A DNA stretch of 64,000 bases, taken from positions 1-64,000 of the IMG/VR virus record IMGVR_UViG_3300046787_000200, one strand, 5' to 3'. The position numbers and the translations under genes are program-made. The notes under the pieces are model-generated. The model did not search any database. It had not been told where the DNA came from and saw nothing but the letters and a program-made list of their open reading frames with translations. Positions 9,275 to 18,025 of the stretch are shown piece after piece. Numbering within the stretch: the stretch's first letter is position 1; every line of letters begins with the position of its first letter.

Positions 9275-12025
9275 TTAAACTTTAGAATACTGCAATAATT
9301 CAGATTGGATACTATTGCTGTCAGTTTGTGCAGTGATTAAATCATCCATTTTCTCTACAAATTCTTTCATTAATTCAATTAATTCACTGTTATCAACTTT
9401 AGTATTATCATTAAACATATCACCTGCAGGTGTGTTAGCAAGTTTATCTAATATAGAATCTTTGGTTAAACGTTTAATAAGTTCGTTCCCGTGTAATGTC
9501 GCATTGTAGCCAGATTCTGGACCTTGTGCTATACCCTCTAAATTAGCACTAACTTTACTATCTTTTAGTAAGCTAACAATAGTAGGTGCTCTGTTACCTA
9601 CTTGTTTATACCATTTACTTTGTTCTAAGTTGGCTGCGGCAGCTTGTGTATCACCTTCTTCAAGTTGCTTCTTAAGTTTAGGCCATTTACTAATCCAACT
9701 CGGTCCCATATTGAACGTTAAGTCGGTAAGAGCTCCTTGTCCCTTTCCGTTTAACTTATCAAATCCAGGAATATTCATAGCGGCACTTCTATGATGTGCA
9801 TAGTCTTTTTCAAACATCGCCATTACTTCTTCATCACTGAACTCTCTATTCATTTCAGGTGGTAACGTTTTTCCATCACCGATCAAGTGACCAACACCAA
9901 CTGTCCATAATCCTAATGAATCTTGGTAAGGTCTATTTCTCTTGCCTTCGTGTGCGATAATCATTTGTTTGATTTCATCTTCGCTCATTCCGGCATTGCT
10001 TACTTTTACTTTTGGTGGAGGCATTCCCCTTACATCTGCGGCACTAGCACCCTGTGTTTTCTGATTAGGATCAACTCCGCCACCGTCTGTTCCACCGCTT
10101 GTTAATGTACCCCAATTTTCATATAGGCCTTTTCCAAGCCCAACTGCGGCGCCTAATCCTGCACCAATTGCAGTTCCGACACCCGGTACAACACTACCAA
10201 TCATAGCTCCCGTGCCGGCATAACTTGCGGCTTGACTTGCTACATCTAAACCTGCGCCTGTTTTTGCATTACCTTGACTCTTAGCATAATCAGCACCTGC
10301 ACCTAATGCCATACCACCTACAGCTAATGCGCCACCTTTAGCTAACCCTCCAACAGCGCCCTTAACCCCACCAGTTGCTTTACCTGTGCCAGCACCGCCA
10401 ACTCCACCTGCTGTTTTCATTGCTCCGGCTGCTTTACTTGCCATAGCTAATGAACCTAATGCGGCGGCGGCTAATCCGGCTGCGGCTGTCAGTGCTGTAG
10501 TAGCAATTGTTAATGCATTGAATCCTGATATTAAAGGATTAGCTGATACTAACATTTTTTCCAATGCTCTATTTGTTTCAATAGTAGCAGTGGTCATTGC
10601 ATTTCTAGCTTTTTGTGCAGGATCTTCAGCCGCTGTTTCTCCTGTCTTGCCATCTTCAGGTTTACCTATACTTCTTGCGGCTTCTGCTCTAGCTTTCTTT
10701 TCATCTACTTCTGCTCTACCTGCCGCCCATTCCATTGTTTTTTCAGTTAAGCCAAAGACTTTACCAACTTCTTTATTATATGCGGCCGCAGTTCCTACTT
10801 CTTCTTGTTTTCTAGCAATACCATCTTTAAGAGCTTGTGCAAACTCAGCGGATACATCTTCACCATCTTGCATACGCTTTCTAAAGCCCTGCATATCAAC
10901 ACCCATTTGTGCGAATGCAGCCGATTGTTCAGTTATAGCACCTGTTGATAAGAACTTTTGTAAACCTGCTGTTATGTCTGCATCACCAATATCAGCAACG
11001 ACATTAAGCATACTATTTCTAGCTTCTTTTTCTGCTTCAAGTTGTTTTACTCTGTCAGTATTGCCTTCTTGTTCAGCTTTTTTGATCTCTCTAGTGATTC
11101 TAGCATTATCTAACTGTATCTCATAAGCGGCTTGTGCTTGTTTTTGCTGTGCCGCAACAGTATCAATATCTTTACCGGTTATTGCAGCCAATTGCAATAA
11201 GTTAGACGTATATTCTAATGAGGCTTTTTTACGACCTTCTTCAGTTTTTAATGAGCCTACTAATTGTGCACCAGAAGCTTTTTGTAATGCTACATAGTCA
11301 GCTTGATATCCCATCAAGTCTTCTTGGCCAATACCTAATCTTTGGAATGCTTCACGCTGTTCATTAGTAACAGCAAGCATACCCATCATTTTCTTCTGAC
11401 CATCTGCTGTAGTTGCACCTAAACTAACAATACTATCACCGGCTCTTTTTAGAGCTTTCGGCATTAAGGCAAATTGTTCATTACTTAGACCAATCTTAAT
11501 GCCCATCTCAGCAACACTTTTAGCAGTGAGGCCGCCGGCGGCTCCCATCTTGTTCATCTCATCAACTGCTTTTAGTGTATTATCAGCTTGCTTAGTGGCA
11601 GCTTGTGCCGCCATTGTCATGCCTTTGACTAATGCACCGGCAATTAATCCAATTGGTCCTAAGGCTTTACCAAACTGAAATGCCGCGTCACCTGCGCTAC
11701 TTAGCGTAGAGTTAAATTTTGAAAATTCAGTAGAGGTGTTAGTTAAACCAGTAGCAAACCCTTTCAATGCACTAATTGCTTGATCTTGGGCTTGTGCAAA
11801 ATTATTTGCAGCCGCTCTGGCTTTCTTTTGAGATTCAGTGTATGCATTTTGCAGTTCTGTTCCTGATTTTACACCCTTCTCATACCCTCTTTGTGCATTA
11901 CTAACCTTAGTAGTGGCATCTCCTAATCCGGTTATTTTTCCACCAGCGGCGTACATTACGTTGGTTAAGTTTTCAACTGCTTCAGTTAATTGTCTTACAA
12001 CTTCTGGATCTAAATTTTCTGCCAT
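9275..12025 (-). CDS. Tape-measure-like protein with C-terminal GH24 (T4-type) lysozyme domain
   Basis: Long Ala-rich helical region and glycine zipper. HEGKRNRPYQDSLGLWTVGVGH has the E-x8-D-x5-T catalytic triad spacing of T4 lysozyme. Confidence 0.8.
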   Translation of the reverse strand: MAENLDPEVVRQLTEAVENLTNVMYAAGGKITGLGDATTKVSNAQRGYEKGVKSGTELQNAYTESQKKARAAANNFAQAQDQAISALKGFATGLTNTSTEFSKFNSTLSSAGDAAFQFGKALGPIGLIAGALVKGMTMAAQAATKQADNTLKAVDEMNKMGAAGGLTAKSVAEMGIKIGLSNEQFALMPKALKRAGDSIVSLGATTADGQKKMMGMLAVTNEQREAFQRLGIGQEDLMGYQADYVALQKASGAQLVGSLKTEEGRKKASLEYTSNLLQLAAITGKDIDTVAAQQKQAQAAYEIQLDNARITREIKKAEQEGNTDRVKQLEAEKEARNSMLNVVADIGDADITAGLQKFLSTGAITEQSAAFAQMGVDMQGFRKRMQDGEDVSAEFAQALKDGIARKQEEVGTAAAYNKEVGKVFGLTEKTMEWAAGRAEVDEKKARAEAARSIGKPEDGKTGETAAEDPAQKARNAMTTATIETNRALEKMLVSANPLISGFNALTIATTALTAAAGLAAAALGSLAMASKAAGAMKTAGGVGGAGTGKATGGVKGAVGGLAKGGALAVGGMALGAGADYAKSQGNAKTGAGLDVASQAASYAGTGAMIGSVVPGVGTAIGAGLGAAVGLGKGLYENWGTLTSGGTDGGGVDPNQKTQGASAADVRGMPPPKVKVSNAGMSEDEIKQMIIAHEGKRNRPYQDSLGLWTVGVGHLIGDGKTLPPEMNREFSDEEVMAMFEKDYAHHRSAAMNIPGFDKLNGKGQGALTDLTFNMGPSWISKWPKLKKQLEEGDTQAAAANLEQSKWYKQVGNRAPTIVSLLKDSKVSANLEGIAQGPESGYNATLHGNELIKRLTKDSILDKLANTPAGDMFNDNTKVDNSELIELMKEFVEKMDDLITAQTDSNSIQSELLQYSKV

Positions 12026-12095
12026 GTTTTTTACCCACTAAATATTATGTAGTATTTAGTATTGGGCAATTGCCCATTTTTTATCAAGGACAACA

Positions 12096-12926
12096 ATGAC
12101 TATCCAAAACAACCCACTAAAACAATATTTCCGTAGACCTTCAATTTATTTGAAACTACCTAGTGGTGGCAAGATGTACCCACCTAATGTTGTGACTATA
12201 CCAGAATCCGGTGAGTTAGCAGTATATCCCATGACTGCAATTGATGAGATTAGTTCAAAAACACCTGATGCGTTATATAACGGTACTGCAATGGCAGATA
12301 TTATTCGTAGCTGTATCCCAGATATCAAAGACCCGTGGGCTATTAATAGTATTGATTTAGATGCTGTATTAATTGCCATTAGATCCGCAGCCGGTGGTAA
12401 TGATATGGCAATTGCGTCTGAATGCCCAAGCTGTAAGGAAGTTTCTGATTACGGAGTTAACTTAGTTGGTATACTAAATCAACTTAAATCTGCTGATTAC
12501 GAAAAAGAATTAGTGTTAAATGATTTGTCTATTAAATTTAGACCGTTATCTTATAAAGAAATGAATGAAGCTGGTACTAGTCAATTGGAAGCACAGCGTA
12601 TTTTTATTATGTTAGAAAAAGAAGAAGATGAAGCTATACGTAATAAAAAGACACAAGAAGCATTAAAATTCATAACCGAAGTTACGATGCGTATTTTGTC
12701 ACAGACTATAACACATGTTAGAACACCTAGCGCATTTGTAGAGGAACGTGAATATATTTTAGATTTCTTACATAATTGTGATAGAGATACGTATATTGCT
12801 ATTAGAGAATACAATAGTAATCTTAAAGCACAGACTGAAATTAAACCATTGCGTATTAAATGTGTTAATTGCCAACATGAATATGATCAACAATTTACAT
12901 TGAATACATCTGATTTTTTCGGATGA
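12096..12926 (+). CDS. gp26: Baseplate hub assembly protein, gp26-like
   Basis: NPLKQYFRRPSIYLKLPSGG start, PMTAIDE, two CxxC pairs; followed by a gp51-like gene. Confidence 0.75.
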   Translation: MTIQNNPLKQYFRRPSIYLKLPSGGKMYPPNVVTIPESGELAVYPMTAIDEISSKTPDALYNGTAMADIIRSCIPDIKDPWAINSIDLDAVLIAIRSAAGGNDMAIASECPSCKEVSDYGVNLVGILNQLKSADYEKELVLNDLSIKFRPLSYKEMNEAGTSQLEAQRIFIMLEKEEDEAIRNKKTQEALKFITEVTMRILSQTITHVRTPSAFVEEREYILDFLHNCDRDTYIAIREYNSNLKAQTEIKPLRIKCVNCQHEYDQQFTLNTSDFFG

Positions 12927-13150
12927 AGCTTCTACACCTTGACCACGAGGGTGTAAAGAAGCTTATTGATGACATGGAAAATGAGTGTGCCGCTATTAAG
13001 AAAAACGCACTTAGTATGAGTTGGTACATGAGAGGTGGTGTATCTTATGAAGATATATTAAACATGTCCTCAGAGGAACGTGAAGAAATTAAAAAAATTA
13101 TTGATGGTAATTTGGATGTTACTAAGAAATCACAAATGCCATTCTTCTAA
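12923..13150 (+). CDS. Baseplate hub assembly catalyst, gp51-like
   Basis: 75 aa with SWYMRGGVSYEDILNMSxEERE; ATGA overlap with gp26. Confidence 0.6.
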   Translation: MKLLHLDHEGVKKLIDDMENECAAIKKNALSMSWYMRGGVSYEDILNMSSEEREEIKKIIDGNLDVTKKSQMPFF

Positions 13151-13660
13151 TTAATCCCGTAACTGTTCATTTATCACATCGGGTTGTTTCTTTGTAAAGA
13201 TGAACTTCGTTCATCTAAGAACTCACTTCGTTCGTTCTTATTATTTACGGTTATCTATTGTTTTTTAATTCTAATTATATACGGATATGATTGCCGATTT
13301 GAAGCCATGGTAGTGCAAATTTGCACTACCTTTGGTAAAGGGTTGTTTGCACGACCGTCATCCATTGTCATTTCTTCCCCGTCTAATTAGCTATTTGATG
13401 CTATTAAACGCTACCGGTTGCTCTGTAAAGTTTACGGGACTGTAGTTGAATATACGCACTCTAGTGTTTCATTCCGCAACGCACATTCTATGACGCAGAA
13501 ATAAAGTTGTCATAGACTTGTTGAGGGTTCGCTTTGCCGATTGCCCTCTCGGTATTCCGTGTATATCGCTATACACGCTTACTCCAGATCCGTCAGCACA
13601 GCACAATCTGTACAAACTCAAGGAGGTCCTGCAGCCAGGACAACAAATTTTTATATTAAA
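13151..13660. other. 510-bp hairpin-dense non-coding element (candidate large ncRNA or replication/packaging site)
   Basis: Lies between convergent genes in an otherwise almost gap-free genome; at least seven stem-loops and one long-range inverted repeat are visible. Confidence 0.6.
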
Positions 13661-14227
13661 TTAAGTATTGATTGTGAGGATTTTGTTATCTGTAACAGTT
13701 TGATTTGACGTGGTGTCTGTTGATCCTGAATATTTTTTTAGTAATTCACTGTTGTGGTTGAAGAAACTGTCAAATTCTGTAATTATCCAATCTCCGTTTT
13801 TGGGACTAGTATAATATAAGAAATTGTCAGTCACCCATGTTAATTTGCTTTGAACAGCAATATAACGACCCTTACGATTGAATTTCATAAACAGAATATT
13901 ACAATCGCCCGGGTCAGCTACATCCATGAGTTGTGATAACCAAGCATCTATTACTTTGCATTCCCCTGAAAGTAATAAATGAAACGGAAAGTCAGCATAA
14001 AATTTACATTCAACGTTCATTTTAGTAAACGTATGACCAGGAACAATGTCCCCTTTAAAACTTCTTACTTGACCTTCATGCAAGATTTGTGTTCTTGCTT
14101 GATTTTTTCCACCGATATAAGCTCCAGACCCCGGAGCACGAATGAATGACTCACCGTACTTCTCTGAAAGATATTTAGCGATTTCTCGCTCAAAACCGGA
14201 ACCTTTTTGTTTCTGTGGACTTGGCAT
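13661..14227 (-). CDS. Holliday junction resolvase, PD-(D/E)xK type
   Basis: KQKGSGFEREIAKYL...RAPGSGA...GDI...NVECKFY, next to gp46/gp47. Confidence 0.8.
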   Translation of the reverse strand: MPSPQKQKGSGFEREIAKYLSEKYGESFIRAPGSGAYIGGKNQARTQILHEGQVRSFKGDIVPGHTFTKMNVECKFYADFPFHLLLSGECKVIDAWLSQLMDVADPGDCNILFMKFNRKGRYIAVQSKLTWVTDNFLYYTSPKNGDWIITEFDSFFNHNSELLKKYSGSTDTTSNQTVTDNKILTINT

Positions 14228-14260
14228 ACTACTACTTATCGTCTGTAACTCGCTTTAAAA

Positions 14261-16333
14261 TTATTCTATATCTACTGATGTATTATAACTTGTAAAGCCA
14301 TTTTCTTTAACAACTTTAAGAACGTTTGGTACTCGACCTGCAAGTTCTTCTCTATGAGAAACAAGCCAAATAGATTTCTGTCGTCTACGGCTCATGTCTT
14401 TAAGAATAGCTAAACTATTCTCAACACCCATTGTATCTAAACCACTATCAATCAATTCATCAATGAACAATGTATTGATCGGTGAATACAATGATTCCCA
14501 TACATCACGGAAAGCAAAGCTCAAGCCAAGAATCAATCGATTGCGTTCACCGCGACTCAAGTTATCAAAGTCAAGTTCACGACCTAACTCAGTAATTTCA
14601 ACTTGCAAGTCATTCTTAAAGATAACTTGATGTGGTAGACCGATCTTATCTAAGTAATGTGTCAAGCGACTATTCAAGTAACTCAAGTTCTGGTCAATAA
14701 TCTTCTTACGAACGAAACTATCTTTGCTAGTTAACAAATCTAACAAGAACTTTTGATGTTCCATTGTTCTTGTCAAACGATTGATAGCTTCAAAGTCAAT
14801 AGCTTGCAATGCTTGCGTTTCCATTTCGATAACTTGTTCTGCATATGGATCAGTTTCTTGTGCTTTGTTATCAATCTGATTTAGAATGTTAGCAACTTCA
14901 CTCGAATGCTTAACTGCTTCAGCTTCTGTATCATAATGCGTAACTGGTTTTATATCTAAAAATACAACAGGTTTCTCTAATAGTTGCTCATTAAATGGAT
15001 TTGACTCTTGTTTTTTATCTTCCCATACTTTCTTCAAGTTAGCTACATCACCGCTGTGACGAATAGCTTCCGCTTCAGTTTTATATGATGGGGTAGGCTT
15101 GGGCCCAATATCTTTAACTAGTGATTGGTTACTTGCTAATTGTGATTCCAATTCAGCTAAATCAGCTTTAGCATTTTCAAGTAGTGTTGTCTTTTCTAAT
15201 GTAACTTCTAAATGTTTATCATCATGGAAGTCTTGACCGCAAGCATAACACTTATGATCCTCAAGTTCTTTAACTTCCCGAACCAATTTCTCAATTAATT
15301 TTTTTTCTTTTGCAATACTTTTGGTTTGGGTATCAATTGTAATAGCAATGGCTTTCTGATCAGCTTCAGCTACTAGCCATTCTTTTAAATCACTCCAAGC
15401 TTTAAGCTCAGTTTCAATATCATATTCATTTTTACGTAGGTATGCAGTATGTGCTACAGTAACATCAGTATCATGTTTTTGTTGCCAAGCGGTAGAACGT
15501 GCAACTAATGCATTGTATGTGTCTTGTGCATCCTTTTGTTTATTCCAAAGAGTTAAGTCTTTGTGTGCTTGTAACTCAGCTTCAATATTGATTTTGCTTA
15601 GTTCATCATAATGTAACGCAAGAGTAGTCAAATCTTCATCATGTTTTTTCAACCACAATGTCTGTCTACGCTTTAGTGCATCAATCTGTTCTTTAACTCG
15701 TTTGTTAGCTTCTTCAATCGCTTTAACTCTAAATTCTTCACTTTGAATATCATCTTTGCTACGGCGAATCATCTCTTTGATAACTTCAGCCTTCTCACTT
15801 AACAAGGTGATACCCATCAATTGCTCAATGATATCTTTCTGGTCATTGTTTTTCAATGCTAAGAACGGCTCGCTATATGTGTTTAGCACAACGATGTGAC
15901 GGAACATGTCAGGTGACATGTTAATAACTTTTTCAATTGCCGCTTGTGTTTCTTTGTTCTCGCCTTGTTGATCCTCAGTAGCTTTCTCCTGAACATCATT
16001 CACATAGAACTTAAGAATATTTGGCTTACGACCACGTTCAATCTTATAATTAGTCCCGTTAACGTTGAATGTAAGAGTAACTAACATACCCTTACCATTT
16101 GTACGATTAACTAAATTATCTTTACGAATGTTATTAATGGGTTGACCGAACAATGCGTAGCTAAGACCTTGAATCAATGTAGTCTTACCTGTGCCGTTAC
16201 GTGCACCGTCACCACCTAAGTCTAAGTTCTCACCTAGAATAAGTGTTAAGTCTTTCTTGTCAAAGTCTACTGCTTGTGTTACTTGTCCGATTGATAAAAA
16301 ATTGCGTAAAGTAATGTTTTGTAATGTAATCAT
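14261..16333 (-). CDS. gp46: Recombination ATPase subunit, gp46/SbcC/Rad50-like
   Basis: Walker A NGTGKTT, zinc hook CYAC, signature LSRGE, Walker B LFIDE, D-loop SGLD, H-loop VSH. Confidence 0.95.
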   Translation of the reverse strand: MITLQNITLRNFLSIGQVTQAVDFDKKDLTLILGENLDLGGDGARNGTGKTTLIQGLSYALFGQPINNIRKDNLVNRTNGKGMLVTLTFNVNGTNYKIERGRKPNILKFYVNDVQEKATEDQQGENKETQAAIEKVINMSPDMFRHIVVLNTYSEPFLALKNNDQKDIIEQLMGITLLSEKAEVIKEMIRRSKDDIQSEEFRVKAIEEANKRVKEQIDALKRRQTLWLKKHDEDLTTLALHYDELSKINIEAELQAHKDLTLWNKQKDAQDTYNALVARSTAWQQKHDTDVTVAHTAYLRKNEYDIETELKAWSDLKEWLVAEADQKAIAITIDTQTKSIAKEKKLIEKLVREVKELEDHKCYACGQDFHDDKHLEVTLEKTTLLENAKADLAELESQLASNQSLVKDIGPKPTPSYKTEAEAIRHSGDVANLKKVWEDKKQESNPFNEQLLEKPVVFLDIKPVTHYDTEAEAVKHSSEVANILNQIDNKAQETDPYAEQVIEMETQALQAIDFEAINRLTRTMEHQKFLLDLLTSKDSFVRKKIIDQNLSYLNSRLTHYLDKIGLPHQVIFKNDLQVEITELGRELDFDNLSRGERNRLILGLSFAFRDVWESLYSPINTLFIDELIDSGLDTMGVENSLAILKDMSRRRQKSIWLVSHREELAGRVPNVLKVVKENGFTSYNTSVDIE

Positions 16334-17346
16334 AAGTTGTTATAAATGTCCAAAAGAATCTTTTTGTCAAAATTATTTGATTCGATTGCGTTAATTTGGT
16401 CAATGATAATTTGGTCTACTGATTCGAATTTCAATCCGTCTGCTGTTTGACCATTCTCATTTTGCTCTAACTTCATTGGTATCAATGCCATCTCTCGTAG
16501 TTTATGTTCTGGAATCCATGTTTCACGTAAGAAATTAGCTTCTTCGTATGATATTTCAATATCTAAATGTACTCTAACATGACTGTCAATCAATAGCAAG
16601 CCTTCAGGGTTTTCTAAGATATCACTTAGTTTATGAACACGGAAAACGGGCTGTCTAGGCCATGTATGAAATACTGGCTCACTTCCCCATTCTAAAATCA
16701 TCATACCACGTGCATCGTCACCTGCGTCAGCATAATTATGCGGGAAAGCATTACCGATATACCAAATGTTTTTACGTGCTTGTCGTTTGTGAAAATGACC
16801 ACTGAATACTTTTTCAAAGCCAGTCATATGGTCTTCACTAATCTCACCGTGATCGGGCATCTCAACCATAGCGTTCATGTAGAAGCGAGGTAATTCTAAG
16901 TGACCGAATAGATATTTGCCACCCATCTTTTGTAATTTCTTGTAATCTTCTTGTACAAGCCAGGGTGCAATAACTACATCTCCTTGACTAAAGAAGTCAT
17001 TGATAATTTTAACGTTTGGTAGATGTTTACCCCATTCAACGCTATGAATATCTCTACGGTCACGATAATAAAGATCGTGGTTACCTGGTATGAAATATAC
17101 AGTATCAAAGTTTGCACTTAGTTTTTCTAGTGCTTGTAGACCAAACTGAAGTGTGTGAATGTTAATACTTGCACGATGATGATTATAATCGCCCAAAAAG
17201 AAACAAGTTTCACACCCCTCACTCTTTGCTTTCTTAATAAACCAATCTACAAAATCGGAACAGTCTTGGTTGTGCTGTAAGCTGTTAGACTTCAATCCGA
17301 AATGAATGTCAGTGAAGACAGCGGCTTTTTTAAATAAATTACTCAT
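16330..17346 (-). CDS. gp47: Recombination nuclease subunit, gp47/SbcD/Mre11-like
   Basis: Metallophosphoesterase motifs DIH, GD, GNHD, GHLE, GHFH. Confidence 0.95.
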   Translation of the reverse strand: MSNLFKKAAVFTDIHFGLKSNSLQHNQDCSDFVDWFIKKAKSEGCETCFFLGDYNHHRASINIHTLQFGLQALEKLSANFDTVYFIPGNHDLYYRDRRDIHSVEWGKHLPNVKIINDFFSQGDVVIAPWLVQEDYKKLQKMGGKYLFGHLELPRFYMNAMVEMPDHGEISEDHMTGFEKVFSGHFHKRQARKNIWYIGNAFPHNYADAGDDARGMMILEWGSEPVFHTWPRQPVFRVHKLSDILENPEGLLLIDSHVRVHLDIEISYEEANFLRETWIPEHKLREMALIPMKLEQNENGQTADGLKFESVDQIIIDQINAIESNNFDKKILLDIYNNL

Positions 17347-17352
17347 TGTCCT

Positions 17353-17381
17353 AGTATAACAGTTCTATCTAGTTAATTCAA
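17353..17381 (-). promoter_or_regulatory. Sigma70-type promoter for gp47-gp46
   Basis: Minus strand TTGAAT-17 nt-TATACT; ATG follows 6 nt later. Confidence 0.65.
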
Positions 17382-18023
17382 ATCATTTGGGACTTTAGTA
17401 CGATAATAATGGTGCAACAGTGTTGTACCAGTAGAACTTTCAAATGTTCTACCTATTCCGGGTAAATCACATAGTTCATTGAATAAATGAACTTTAATCT
17501 CATTAGAATGTTTATGTACAAACGTAGTTAAATTTCTACAAACTACATGATAGTCATTTTCTAACTCAGCGTGGTCAATGGTATATAAGTCCTTTAAGGC
17601 ATCGTATACAATTTTATTGTTTTTAGAACAGCCCATAAATCCATTAAAAACTCTATCAATATCTCTGCGTTCTTTCAAAGAAGTATCTACGTTTAATGGA
17701 GCAAAAAAATCACAAGGGTAATCATTGATGATGCTATCCAACTTTACTTTTAATAGCGCATCGGAATCAATAAAGACACCACCGTTAATGTACATAAAAT
17801 AATACCGAAACAAATCAGCTTTATGTGGTCCTGATTTCAAATCATTAAAAACTTTAATTATATCTGGGAATTCTTCTAATGGATTGTTTGTGAAGAAATC
17901 AATGATAGCATTGTCATCAAACCAATGATATGCCCATTCGTAACTTAAGAACTTTTTTAATTCTGCAACAACAAATGGTTCAATTGGATTTTTAGATGTT
18001 TGTATTACTATTTTTGGTATCAT
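17373..18023 (-). CDS. Glycosyltransferase, GT32/Och1-like with DxD motif
   Basis: MIPKIVIQT start, HKADLFRYYFMYINGGVFIDSD, FNGFMG. Confidence 0.85.
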   Translation of the reverse strand: MIPKIVIQTSKNPIEPFVVAELKKFLSYEWAYHWFDDNAIIDFFTNNPLEEFPDIIKVFNDLKSGPHKADLFRYYFMYINGGVFIDSDALLKVKLDSIINDYPCDFFAPLNVDTSLKERRDIDRVFNGFMGCSKNNKIVYDALKDLYTIDHAELENDYHVVCRNLTTFVHKHSNEIKVHLFNELCDLPGIGRTFESSTGTTLLHHYYRTKVPNDLN

Positions 18024-18025
18024 TT

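Noticed and set aside
13184-13390. 68-aa ORF inside the structured non-coding element
   Set aside because: No RBS, implausible composition, and it runs through several hairpins; the structure explains the sequence better.
13151-13660. Possible group I intron, tmRNA, RNase P RNA or tRNA
   Set aside because: The flanking genes are complete and convergent, and I could not find tRNA-like ends or conserved catalytic core motifs. A covariance search is still needed.
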